Positions 32,135 to 44,277 of a DNA stretch of 64,000 nt are shown piece by piece; within the stretch, counting starts at the first letter, position 1; every line of letters begins with the position of its first letter. Source of the DNA: an uncultured delta proteobacterium (GTDB taxonomy: Bacteria; Myxococcota_A; Polyangia; Polyangiales; Polyangiaceae). Where the stretch lies: positions 4,192,001 to 4,256,000 of the forward strand of contig CAWAIF010000003.1 in NCBI GenBank assembly GCA_963782055.1. The letters run 5' to 3'. The notes under the pieces were generated by a model. The model made no database searches. It saw only the letters and a list, made by a program, of their open reading frames with translations, and was not told the DNA's origin. A program made the translations under genes and the position numbers.

Positions 32135-33349
32135 CATCTCCATCATCCGAGCGCGCACGTCCGTACGCCAGCGTACGTCCTCCCCGAACACGTCCCCGGA
32201 GAGGAGCGAGGAGATGGAGCGTCGCAAGAACTCGTGCTTGTTCTCGGCGAAGAGGTAGCGCAGCAGCCCACCGCCGTAGAACGCGCGCACGGCCGCGAGG
32301 AAGAGGTCCGCGCCGCGCTGGGTCTCGGCGTCCCACGCGGCGAAGCGCGCCGCCGACACGTCGTCCGCGGCGAGCGCGCGATCGATCGCCTCCGCCGCGC
32401 ACGCGCCCCCGTGCACCGCGATGTGCGCGCCGGAGGAGAAGAGCGGGTCGATGAAGCCCCCTGCGTCCCCCACCAGCAGCCAGCCATCACCCGCGCGCCG
32501 GGAGACGGAGTAGCTGAAATCGGCGGCGGCGCGCGCCGGCCACAGCCGCTGGGCCGAGGCGAGCATCTGGCGGGCGGTGGGTGACTCCGCCACCGCGGCG
32601 TCCAGCATGGCGCTCGCGTCCTGCTCGCCGCCGCGCCGCGCCTGCACCCACGCGCGCGGGACCACGGCGCCCACGCTGCATCGTCCGTCCTTGAAGGGGA
32701 TGAACCACAACCAACCGGACGCCGTCACCACGATGTCGATGTCACCCTCCGCGCGCCCCTCGCCGCGCGGCACGCCCCTGAAGTGCGTGTAGAATGCACA
32801 TTGATCCAGGCCCGCGACGCGCGCCGCCGTGCCGGCGCGCCGGGCCAGCAGCGCCGAGCGGCCGGACGCGTCCACCACCACGCGTGCGGCGAGCGCGTGC
32901 GCCTCGCCGGCGGGGTCCACCGCCTCCACGCCCGTCGCCCGGTCTCCCTCGAAGCGCGCCGAGACCGCGCTCCACCCCTGCCGCACCTCCGCACCCAGAC
33001 GCTCGGCGTGGTGGAGCAGCACCAGGTCCAGCTCGTCGCGCGGCGCCTCGAAGGAGTGATCGAACGCGGGGTCGAAGGCCGAGGTGAAGTCGAAGTGCAC
33101 CCTGCGGCCGGTGCGGTCGTCGTGGAAGCGCGCGCCGTACTTCCACAGGAAGCGCTCGCGCAGCTCTGGAAGCACCCCCAGCGTCTCGAAGGTGGAGAGC
33201 GAGCACGGCAGGAGCGACTCGCCGAGGTGGAAGCGCGGGAAGCGCTCCTTCTCCAGCAGCAGCACGCGGCGGCCGAGCTGCGCGAGGCGCGCGGCGGTGA
33301 CCGACCCGCCCGGACCTCCTCCCACGACGATGACGTCCCAGCCGGCCAC
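32030..33349 (-). CDS. FAD-dependent oxidoreductase, flavin halogenase-like
   Basis: GGGPGG, RFHLGESLLP, KYG, WLWFIP, GDAGGFIDPLFSSG; probable GTG start at 33349 (ORF extends to 33385). Confidence 0.85.
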   Translation of the reverse strand: MAGWDVIVVGGGPGGSVTAARLAQLGRRVLLLEKERFPRFHLGESLLPCSLSTFETLGVLPELRERFLWKYGARFHDDRTGRRVHFDFTSAFDPAFDHSFEAPRDELDLVLLHHAERLGAEVRQGWSAVSARFEGDRATGVEAVDPAGEAHALAARVVVDASGRSALLARRAGTAARVAGLDQCAFYTHFRGVPRGEGRAEGDIDIVVTASGWLWFIPFKDGRCSVGAVVPRAWVQARRGGEQDASAMLDAAVAESPTARQMLASAQRLWPARAAADFSYSVSRRAGDGWLLVGDAGGFIDPLFSSGAHIAVHGGACAAEAIDRALAADDVSAARFAAWDAETQRGADLFLAAVRAFYGGGLLRYLFAENKHEFLRRSISSLLSGDVFGEDVRWRTDVRARMMEMASPPGPASPPGPASPPGPASPPGPLSLRGRGGEE

Positions 33350-33432
33350 GCCCGAAGGGTGGCAAGCGAGTGCGCGACAAGTCAAGCGCGCCGGCCTTTC
33401 CGACGGGACGTTCGTCCCTATACCCTCCGGCG

Positions 33433-34695
33433 ATGGCCGAACGCCCTCCGCGTCCGAAGGTCGTGGTCGTCGGCGCGGGCTTCGGCGGACTGCGTGTCGC
33501 CAGGAGCCTGCGCCGCGCGCCGGTGGACGTGACCGTGGTGGACAAGCGCAACCACCACCTCTTCCAGCCGCTCCTCTACCAGGTCGCCACCGCCGCGCTC
33601 TCCGCCACCGACATCGCCGCGCCCATCCGCAACGTGCTCCGCGGCTGCGACAACTGTCGCGTGCTGCTCGCCCGCGTGACGGAGATCGACGTGACCGCGC
33701 GGGAGGTGCGGACGGCGGACGGCGAGGCGATCCCCTACGACCACCTGGTGCTCGCGGTCGGGATGACCAACGGCTACTTCGGCCACGACGAGTGGCAGCG
33801 GGACGCGCCCGGGCTGAAGTCGCTGGAGGAGGCGCTGGAGATCCGCCGGCGCGTGCTGCTCGCTTACGAGAACGCCGAGCGCGCGACCGCGGAGGAGGAG
33901 CGCCGGGAGTTTCTGACCTTCGTGGTGATCGGAGGTGGCGCGACGGGTGTGGAGCTCGCCGGCGCGCTGGCGGAGATCGCCCGGCGGACCATGACCCGCA
34001 ACTTTCGCTCCTTCGACCCGGGCAGCGCGCGCGTCATCCTGCTGGAGGGCGGATCGCGCCTGCTGCCCGCCTTCCCGACCGAGCTCTCCGAGCGCGTGCG
34101 CGCCGACCTGGAGGAGCTCGGCGTGGAGGTGCGGCTGGGCGTGCGCGCGCAGGAGGTGGACGCCGAGGGCGTGCGCATCGACGGCGAGCGCGTGCGGGCG
34201 CGCACGACGCTCTGGGCAGCGGGCGTGCAGGGCGTTCCGCTCGTCAAGACGCTGGGCGTCGAGCTCGACCGGCAGGGGCGCGTCCCGGTGACGCGCCATC
34301 TGCGCGTGAAGGGGGTGGACGGCGTCTTTGCCATCGGCGACATCGCCGCCTTCGAGCAGGACGGCGAGCCCCTCCCCGGCGTCGCGCAGGTCGCGCTGCA
34401 GCAGGGCGAGTGCGTCGCGGAGAACGTGATGCACGCCGTGCGTGACGAGCCGCTGGCGCCGTTTCGCTACCACGACCTCGGCACCATGGCGACGATCGGG
34501 CGAAGCCGCGCGGTGGCGGTGCTGGGCAAGATGCGCCTCACAGGCTTCGTCGCGTGGTGCGCGTGGCTCTTCGTCCACCTCATGGCGCTGGTGGGCTTCC
34601 GCAATCGCCTGGTGGTCCTGGTGGAGTGGGCGTACGCGTACCTCAGCTACCAGCGGAGCGCGCGCATCATCCTGAACCGCGCGGTGGACGGCTGA
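33433..34695 (+). CDS. ndh: Type II NADH dehydrogenase
   Basis: GAGFGG, HHLFQPLLYQVAT, GGGATGVELAG, AIGD, AQVALQQG, YHDLGTMATIGR. Confidence 0.93.
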   Translation: MAERPPRPKVVVVGAGFGGLRVARSLRRAPVDVTVVDKRNHHLFQPLLYQVATAALSATDIAAPIRNVLRGCDNCRVLLARVTEIDVTAREVRTADGEAIPYDHLVLAVGMTNGYFGHDEWQRDAPGLKSLEEALEIRRRVLLAYENAERATAEEERREFLTFVVIGGGATGVELAGALAEIARRTMTRNFRSFDPGSARVILLEGGSRLLPAFPTELSERVRADLEELGVEVRLGVRAQEVDAEGVRIDGERVRARTTLWAAGVQGVPLVKTLGVELDRQGRVPVTRHLRVKGVDGVFAIGDIAAFEQDGEPLPGVAQVALQQGECVAENVMHAVRDEPLAPFRYHDLGTMATIGRSRAVAVLGKMRLTGFVAWCAWLFVHLMALVGFRNRLVVLVEWAYAYLSYQRSARIILNRAVDG

Positions 34696-34780
34696 GGCTC
34701 CGGCCCCAAAGCCCTCGTGCGCGGTTCGCCGAGCCGTTGCAATCGCCGCCACACGACTTACGTGAACAAAGGTGAGACGT

Positions 34781-35602
34781 ATGGCCAGCCTGTTCGAGTT
34801 CGAGGAGGTGCGTCGCCCCGCGGTGGCGGGCACCTTCTACCCGGCCGCGCCGGAGGAGCTCGCCGCCGCGGTCGACGCCTTCCTGGCGGACGTGCCCGCC
34901 TCTGCCGGCGCGCCGCCCAAGGCCGTGGTGGTGCCGCACGCGGGCTACGTCTACTCCGGCCCCATCGCGGCCAGCGCCTACGCGGCGCTTCGTCCGCTCG
35001 CTTCGCGCGTGACCTGCGTCGTGATGGTCGGCCCGGCGCACCGCGCGCGCGTGGAGGGCCTCGCGTCTCCCGGCGCGCGCGCCCTGCGCACGCCCCTCGG
35101 CGACATCCCGGTCGATCTCGACGCGCTCGCCGCCATCCCGTCGGTGGTGTCGAGCCCACGCGCCCACGCACGCGAGCACTCGCTCGAGGTGCAGCTCCCC
35201 TTCGTGCAGCGCGTGCTGCCGCGCGCGCGCATCGTCCCGCTGGTCGTCGGCTACGCCTCGGCCGAGCACGTGGGCCGCGTGCTCGAGACGCTCTGGGGCG
35301 GCGAGGAGACGGTCGTCGTCGTGAGCTCCGACCTGTCGCACTACCTGCCATACGCCCAGGGCCGCTTGCTGGACGAGGACACCGCGCGGCGCATCGTCGC
35401 GCTGGAGGGCGGCCTCGTTGGCGAGGACGCGTGCGGCTGCGCCGGCATCAACGGCCTGCTCTGGCTGGCCCGGCGCCGCGGCCTGGAAGCCCGCGTCATC
35501 GATCTGCGCAGCTCCGGCGACACGGCGGGCTCGCGCGACGCGGTCGTCGGCTACGGCGCCTTCGGCTTCTACGAGAGGGACCCGCGTGCTCTCGCCTCGT
35601 GA
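34781..35602 (+). CDS. amrB: AmmeMemoRadiSam system protein B (MEMO1 family)
   Basis: RRPAVAGTFYP, PHAGYVYSG, EHSLEVQLPF, SSDLSHY, ACG, VVGYG. Confidence 0.95.
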   Translation: MASLFEFEEVRRPAVAGTFYPAAPEELAAAVDAFLADVPASAGAPPKAVVVPHAGYVYSGPIAASAYAALRPLASRVTCVVMVGPAHRARVEGLASPGARALRTPLGDIPVDLDALAAIPSVVSSPRAHAREHSLEVQLPFVQRVLPRARIVPLVVGYASAEHVGRVLETLWGGEETVVVVSSDLSHYLPYAQGRLLDEDTARRIVALEGGLVGEDACGCAGINGLLWLARRRGLEARVIDLRSSGDTAGSRDAVVGYGAFGFYERDPRALAS

Positions 35603-36181
35603 CGGGGCGGAGCTCGCTCGGTTCGCGCGCGCGTGCGTGCGGGAGGAGCTCGGCGGCGCGCCCGCCGCGTGGCCGACAGAGACCTGGTGCCGCGAGCCGG
35701 GCGCCAGCTTCGTCACGCTGCGGTGGCGCGAGCAGGTCGGCGGTCGGCTGCAGGGGTGCATCGGCTCGCTGGTCGCGCGGCGTCCGCTCGCGCACGACGT
35801 CGCGCACAACGCCCTCGCCGCGGCCTTCCGCGACCCGCGCGGCGCGCGCCTGAGCCTGCCCGCGCTCGACGAGCTTCATGTGGAGGTCTCGGTCCTCTCC
35901 CCGCTGGAGACGATCGACTTCGACGGGAGCGAGGACGGCGCGCTGGCCGCGCTGCGCCCCGGCGTGGACGGCGTCGTGCTCTCCTGGGGCGGGCGGCGCG
36001 GCACCTTCCTGCCCGTCATGTGGGAGCAGCTCCCCACCCCCCGCATCTTCCTGGACGAGCTGAAGCAGAAGGCGCGGCTCCCCGCGAGCTTCTGGGCGCC
36101 CGGCGTGGAGCTGCAGCGCTACACCGCGCAGAAGCTCGTCGACCCGTCGCCGCGCGCGCTCGCGAGCGAGAACGCGTCCGC

Positions 36182-36185
<4 letters not shown>
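35586..36185 (+). CDS. amrA: AmmeMemoRadiSam system protein A (AMMECR1 family)
   Basis: GASFVTL..LQGCIGSL, AAFRDPR, EVSVLSP, GTFLP.MWEQLP, LKQKA. Confidence 0.93.
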
Positions 36186-37264
<1,079 letters not shown>

Positions 37265-37376
37265 GCGAGCCCCGCCGCGGCATCGTGCCCCCCACGGGCC
37301 GTGACCGTTGCGGTGCGCGGTGATGGCGCTCTAGGCTGCGGGACTGCGCGCCGGTGCGCCGTGCGAGGAGGATCCC

Positions 37377-39452
37377 GTGGCCGCGAACATGGATACGACC
37401 TGCATCAACACCATCCGCACCCTTGCGATGGACGCCGTGCAGCAGGCGAAGTCGGGACACCCGGGCACGCCGATGGCGATGGCGCCGGTGGCCTACACCC
37501 TCTGGCAGCGCTTCCTGCGCTTCGACCCGCACGATCCCATCTGGCCCAACCGCGACCGCTTCGTCCTCTCTGCCGGTCACGCCTCCACGCTGCTGTACGC
37601 GATGCTGCACCTGACGCAGACGCGCGCGGTCAACCCGCAGTACGAGCGGCTGGGCACGGTGTCGGTGCCGCTGGAGGACCTGAAGCGCTTCCGGCAGTTC
37701 GAGAGCCGCTGCCCCGGTCACCCGGAGTACCGCTGGACGAGCGGCGTGGAGACGACGACCGGCCCGCTCGGCCAGGGCCTGGCGAACAGCGTCGGCATGG
37801 CGATCGCCGAGCGATGGATGCGCGAGCACTTCAACCGGCCCGGCTTCGACATGTTCGACTACGACGTCTACGCCCTCGCCGGCGACGGCTGCATGATGGA
37901 GGGCGTCTCCAGCGAGGCGGCCTCGCTCGCCGGGCACCTCGGGCTCTCCAACCTCTGCTGGATCTACGACAACAACCACATCACCATCGAGGGCAACACC
38001 GCCCTCGCCTTCACCGAGGACGTCGCCGCGCGCTTCATGGGCTACGGCTGGAACGTCCTGCGCGTGGGCGACGCGAACGACACCGAGCTGCTCGCGCGCG
38101 CCTTCGGCACCTTCCTCAAGACGCAGGACCGCCCGACGCTCATCGTCGTCGACTCGCACATCGCCTACGGCGCGCCCAGCAAGCAGGACACCAGCGCCGC
38201 GCACGGCGAGCCGCTGGGCGAGGAGGAGATCCGCCTCACCAAGAAGGGCTACGGCTGGCCCGAGGACGCGAAGTTCCTGGTGCCGGAGGGCGTCTACGAG
38301 CACTTCCAGAAGGGCATCGGCACGCGCGGCAAGGACGCGCGCGAGGCCTGGATGACCAAGTTCGAGGAGTACAAGAAGAAGCACCCCGAGCTGGCGGATC
38401 AGCTCTTCCGGATGCAGCACCGCCAGCTCCCCGAGCACTGGGACAAGGACATCCCCACCTTCCCCGCCGACCCTGCGGGCCTCGCCAGCCGCGACTCCTC
38501 GGGCAAGGTGCTCAACGCCCTCGCCAAGAACATCCCGTGGCTCATGGGCGGCGCGGCGGACCTGGCGCCCTCCACCAAGACACGCCTCACCTTCGAGGGC
38601 GCGGGCGACCTGCAGCCGGACACGCCCGGCGGCCGCAACATGCACTTCGGCGTGCGCGAGCACGCCATGGGCGCGGTGCTCAACGGTCTGGCGCTCTCCA
38701 AGGTGCGCGCCTTCGGCTCCGGCTTCCTCATCTTCAGCGACTACATGCGCGCGCCGGTCCGCCTGGCGGCGATCATGGAGCTGCCGGTGGTCTTCATCTT
38801 CACGCACGACTCCATCGGCGTGGGGGAGGACGGCCCGACGCACCAGCCCATCGAGCAGATCGCCTCGCTCCGCGCCATCCCCGGCCTGGTGACGCTGCGA
38901 CCGGGCGACGCCAACGAGGTCGTCGAGGCGTGGCGGTGGATCGCCGAGCAGCGCCACACCCCGGCGGTGATGGTGCTCAGCCGGCAGAAGCTGCCCACGC
39001 TCGACCGCACCAAGGTGGCGCCCGCCGCCGGCGTGCGGCACGGCGCGTACGTGCTGGCCGACGCGCCCGGCGGCAAGCCGGAGGTGATCCTCATCGGCAC
39101 CGGGAGCGAGGTTTCGCTGTGCCTCCAGGCGAAGGAGCTACTCGACAAGGAGAAGATCGCCGCGCGCGTGGTGAGCATGCCGAGCTGGGAGCTGTTCGAG
39201 GAGCAGAGCCCGGCGTACCGCGAGAGCGTGCTGCCCGACGCGGTGCGCGCGCGCGTCGCGGTGGAGCAGGCGTCCACCTTCGGGTGGGAGCGCTACGTCG
39301 GCCGCCACGGCGCCATCGTCGGCATGTCCAGCTTCGGCGCGTCGGCGCCGCTCAAGGACCTGCAGAAGAAGTTCGGCTTCTTGCCCGAGCGCGTCGCCGC
39401 GACGGCCAAGGAGCAGCTCCGCATACGGACGCAGCGGCACGAGGCGGAGTGA
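37377..39452 (+). CDS. tkt: Transketolase
   Basis: SGHPG, NRDRFVLSAGH, TTGPLGQG, GDGCMMEG, FGVREH, THDSIGVGEDGPTHQP. Confidence 0.98.
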   Translation: MAANMDTTCINTIRTLAMDAVQQAKSGHPGTPMAMAPVAYTLWQRFLRFDPHDPIWPNRDRFVLSAGHASTLLYAMLHLTQTRAVNPQYERLGTVSVPLEDLKRFRQFESRCPGHPEYRWTSGVETTTGPLGQGLANSVGMAIAERWMREHFNRPGFDMFDYDVYALAGDGCMMEGVSSEAASLAGHLGLSNLCWIYDNNHITIEGNTALAFTEDVAARFMGYGWNVLRVGDANDTELLARAFGTFLKTQDRPTLIVVDSHIAYGAPSKQDTSAAHGEPLGEEEIRLTKKGYGWPEDAKFLVPEGVYEHFQKGIGTRGKDAREAWMTKFEEYKKKHPELADQLFRMQHRQLPEHWDKDIPTFPADPAGLASRDSSGKVLNALAKNIPWLMGGAADLAPSTKTRLTFEGAGDLQPDTPGGRNMHFGVREHAMGAVLNGLALSKVRAFGSGFLIFSDYMRAPVRLAAIMELPVVFIFTHDSIGVGEDGPTHQPIEQIASLRAIPGLVTLRPGDANEVVEAWRWIAEQRHTPAVMVLSRQKLPTLDRTKVAPAAGVRHGAYVLADAPGGKPEVILIGTGSEVSLCLQAKELLDKEKIAARVVSMPSWELFEEQSPAYRESVLPDAVRARVAVEQASTFGWERYVGRHGAIVGMSSFGASAPLKDLQKKFGFLPERVAATAKEQLRIRTQRHEAE

Positions 39453-39501
39453 ATCGCGGACCCCAGACCATCCGGCGCAGCGCACGACCCGAGAGGAAGC
39501 C

Positions 39502-41070
<1,569 letters not shown>

Positions 41071-41074
41071 GCGG

Positions 41075-42940
41075 TCACTCCCAGCCGCACCTCTCCCCGG
41101 CGTTCTCCTTCTTCAGCGTCTCGAGCAGGGGCGCGTAGTAGCGCGCCATCGCGCCGACGGAGAGGTCCTCGCCGGTCGCCTCCTTCAGGACGGCGCGCCA
41201 GTCGCGCGTGTCGCCCAGCGCGAGGATGCGCCGCAGGGCGTCGCCCACCTGCTTGTTGCCGTAGTAGGTGCAGGCGTGCGGGTCGGCGTGGACGATGTCC
41301 CTGCAGAAGTGCTCGTGGAGCTGGAACTTGATGAGGGTGGCGAGGGCGTAGTCGTAGTACTGCCCCGGGTCGTCGTTGATGTGCGTCTTGGAGCACGCGT
41401 CGCAGGTGGACTCGTCGCGCGGCACCGGCGGCGCGACGCCCTGGTAGTCGGCCACGTACTTCCACCAGCGGGCGTTGAGCTCGGAGGCGGGCAGGTCGCC
41501 GGCGTAGAGGTCGCGCTCGTAATGCGACATCGTCCCGGCGGCGAAGGCGAAGAAGACCGGACCCTTCTCGAGGGCCTGGTCGAGCAGCATGGCGCTGGCG
41601 TCCAGCTTCTGCCCGGCGGGGAGCAGGCCCACCGCGCGCAGGTACGGCTCCTGCCGCACGCTCAGGGCGATGAGCTCGCCGACGCCCTCGTGGAAGGCGC
41701 GGTTGGCGCCGCGGCGCAGCACCGGCGGGACCGCGTCGTTGGCGTAGGAGAGGTAGTAGTAGATGTGCCCGAGCTCGTGGTGCGCGGTGAGGAACCAGTC
41801 CTCGCTCGGCTCGATGCTCATCAGCGAGCGCACGTCCTTCTGCAGGTCCATGTGCCAGGCGGTGGCGTGCGAGTTCTTCTTGCGCGCCTCGCCGGGCTTC
41901 ACCGGGTACAGGTCGCTGTGGTCCCAGAAGGCCTTGGGCAGCGCGGGGAAGCCCATCGACTGGTAGTAGCGCTCCGCCTGGGCCGGGAAGTACGTCGCCG
42001 GCTTCGACTTGAACAGGGCGTCGAGGTTCACCGCCGCGACGATGCCCGGCCACGACTGCGCCCAGCGGTTGCCGACCCAGTCGGCGGGGATGAGGCGGGG
42101 CTCCTTCTGGTGGTAGCGCGCGGCGAGGGTCTTGCGGGCGTAGCAGTGGAGCTGCACGAAGAGCGGGCGAAGCGTCGCGAGGGCGTCGTCGAGGAGCTTC
42201 ATCATCTCGGCCGTCGTCATGCCGTAATCGGCGATCTGCAGGGCGTAGAAGTCGCGGTACCCCAGCTCGCGGGACGTGGCGTTGCGCAGGTCGCGCAGCT
42301 CGAGGATCCCGGGGCGGAGCGGCGTGCCGATGTCCTTGGAGGCGAGCCAGGCGGTGCGGCGAGCGCCGAGATCGCGGGAGGACCGCAGGACGTCGTCGAT
42401 GTCGTTGGCGGAGGCCGTCTTGACGCACTTCGCGCCGCGCCGCCTCAGGCAGTAGACGAAGCCGTCCTGGATCTTGGACTGCCGCGCCTCGGCGGCGACG
42501 CGCCTGGCCAGAAGGGCGCGGTTGGTCGCGGGCGCGGACGCGGCGTCGAGCAGGATGACGCGGAGCTGGCGCACGGTGAGGTCGTCCAGCTCCTTGGCGT
42601 GAGCGAGCAGCTCGCGCGCGCGGCGGATGACGTAGGCGCTGCCGGTGAAGCCCGCCATCACCTGGTCGGCGCCCTCGCGCGCGCCGGCGTGCTCGTCGGA
42701 GACGTCGGTGACCGACGTCCACTCGGCGTCCTGCACCTCCGCGGTCACGTCCAGGATCACGTTGTTGTAGAATGCAAGGAACTGCCTGGCGTCCTCGGCG
42801 ACGCCGCCGGGGCCGGCGACGGCGGGTGCGGGTGCGGTGGCCGTCGAGGGACAGGGCGCCGCCGCGGGGGCGGCCGGCACGGCGGCGCAGGCGGCGAGGG
42901 CGAGCGCGAGGGGGCAGGCGGAGAGCAAGAGGCGACGCAT
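41075..42940 (-). CDS. M2 family metallopeptidase (ACE-like peptidyl-dipeptidase), lipoprotein
   Basis: Lipobox LALAA-C; HHELGH, GANRAFHEGVGE, FQLHE motifs. Confidence 0.92.
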   Translation of the reverse strand: MRRLLLSACPLALALAACAAVPAAPAAAPCPSTATAPAPAVAGPGGVAEDARQFLAFYNNVILDVTAEVQDAEWTSVTDVSDEHAGAREGADQVMAGFTGSAYVIRRARELLAHAKELDDLTVRQLRVILLDAASAPATNRALLARRVAAEARQSKIQDGFVYCLRRRGAKCVKTASANDIDDVLRSSRDLGARRTAWLASKDIGTPLRPGILELRDLRNATSRELGYRDFYALQIADYGMTTAEMMKLLDDALATLRPLFVQLHCYARKTLAARYHQKEPRLIPADWVGNRWAQSWPGIVAAVNLDALFKSKPATYFPAQAERYYQSMGFPALPKAFWDHSDLYPVKPGEARKKNSHATAWHMDLQKDVRSLMSIEPSEDWFLTAHHELGHIYYYLSYANDAVPPVLRRGANRAFHEGVGELIALSVRQEPYLRAVGLLPAGQKLDASAMLLDQALEKGPVFFAFAAGTMSHYERDLYAGDLPASELNARWWKYVADYQGVAPPVPRDESTCDACSKTHINDDPGQYYDYALATLIKFQLHEHFCRDIVHADPHACTYYGNKQVGDALRRILALGDTRDWRAVLKEATGEDLSVGAMARYYAPLLETLKKENAGERCGWE

Positions 42941-42973
42941 GGCAGACCACTACCGGAACCCGCGCCCCCTGCC

Positions 42974-43276
42974 GAGGGAGGAAGCCCCACCCCGAGCCCC
43001 TCCGCCCCCATCCCCGCGGAATCCCAGCGAAACGTCGGATTGCTAGCACGCTCGCACTCCGACGTTTGGGCCCGGGAGGGAGGGAGGCCCACCCCGAGGC
43101 CCCCGCCCCCATCCCCCCAGAATCCCAGCGAAACGTCCGATTGCTAGCACGCTCGCACTCCGACGTTTGGCCCCGGGAGGGAGGAAGGCCCACCCCGAAG
43201 CCCCCGCCTCCATCCCCCCAGAATCCCAGCGAAACGTCCGATTGCTAGCACGCTCGCACTCCGACGTTTGGCCGCC
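42974..43276. repeat. Three tandem ~101-bp units, each containing a long hairpin
   Basis: Core GAATCCCAGCGAAACGTC(G/C)GATTGCTAGCACGCTCGCACTCCGACGTTTGG starts at 43019, 43120 and 43221; linkers are near-identical and G/C-run-rich. Confidence 0.92.
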
Positions 43277-43322
43277 GGGGCGGGAGGAGGGGGGGCGGGG
43301 CGCGGATTTTTGTTTGGCGAAC

Positions 43323-43351
43323 TTGAAAGTGATTTTCATTTACGATAGGGT
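43323..43351 (+). promoter_or_regulatory. Sigma-70-type promoter overlapped by a putative Fur box
   Basis: TTGAAA-N17-TAGGGT; TTGAAAGTGATTTTCAT (43323-43339) is one mismatch from the deltaproteobacterial Fur consensus WTGAAAATNATTTTCAW. Confidence 0.65.
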
Positions 43352-43388
43352 CCTGCGCCTGCTCCCTGCGGGGATCGCAGCTCCGCCC

Positions 43389-44201
43389 ATGCGACACCTC
43401 CGAACAGGTCTTGCCCTCTCTGCCTTCGCCCTGCTGCTGCCCGCGAGCAGCTGGGCCAGCCCGCGTCCTCTGCCCTTCACCTACGGCACCGCCACCAACG
43501 GCAAGGGGGAGAGCGAGATCGAGCAGTACGTCGACCTGGTGCCCCTCTACGCCCGCGACGCGCAGACGGGCACGCCCGTGCGCTACCTCGCCTCGCAGCT
43601 CCAGACCGAGCTGGAGTACGGGCTGACCGACAGCCTGGAGCTCGGGCTCTACGTCACCGCCACGCCACACCTGGGGGATGCCTTCACGTCGTACCCGGTG
43701 CTGACGGAGGCGAACGGGTCGAAGCAGCGGCTGCGCTATCGCCTCGCCGACGAGGGCGACTGGCCCGTCGACGTCGCGGTCTACGGGGAGGTGGTGGAGA
43801 ACGAGCGCGAGTTCGAGCTGGAGGCCAAGCTCATCTTGCAGCGGCGGCTCGGCGACTGGCTGCTCGCGGGCAACCTCTCCGCGGAGTACGAGATCTACTA
43901 CGCCGGCCGGCGTGAGGTGGTGCTCGATCCCAGCCTCGGGGTCACCTACCAGGCGACGCCCTCCGTCTTCCCGGGCCTGGAGTACTGGGTGCGCGGCGAG
44001 ATCAACACGCTCGACCCCGGCGATCGCGACTTCAACGACGGGCCTCACCAGTACCTCGGCCCTACCCTGCGCGTCAGCCTCTCGCGCATGTTCATCACCG
44101 CGGGCGCGTACCTGCGACTGGACGACTTCGGGCACCACCTTCAGGTGGGCGATGCGTTCGGCGACAGCTGGTACCGCATGGTGGTGGGCATCTCGCTCTG
44201 A
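43389..44201 (+). CDS. Putative outer-membrane beta-barrel protein of unknown function
   Basis: Signal peptide; PFTY...GESEIEQY, ELEYGLTDSLELGLY, ELEAKLILQ, amphipathic strands ending in RMVVGISL. Confidence 0.7.
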   Translation: MRHLRTGLALSAFALLLPASSWASPRPLPFTYGTATNGKGESEIEQYVDLVPLYARDAQTGTPVRYLASQLQTELEYGLTDSLELGLYVTATPHLGDAFTSYPVLTEANGSKQRLRYRLADEGDWPVDVAVYGEVVENEREFELEAKLILQRRLGDWLLAGNLSAEYEIYYAGRREVVLDPSLGVTYQATPSVFPGLEYWVRGEINTLDPGDRDFNDGPHQYLGPTLRVSLSRMFITAGAYLRLDDFGHHLQVGDAFGDSWYRMVVGISL

Positions 44202-44277
44202 GGGGCCCCTCCCCACCGGCCCTGCGGCCTCCGAGCGCCCACCGCGTGGGCGTCGCCATCGGCTATGATGGCGCGCG

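Noticed and set aside
42974..43276. CRISPR array interpretation of the 101-bp repeats
   Set aside because: The intervening sequences are near-identical rather than unique spacers, the conserved core is about 52 bp, and there are no cas genes in the window.
42757..43339. Short ORFs spanning the repeat array
   Set aside because: They are translations of the DNA repeat on both strands, with no start signals or coding bias.
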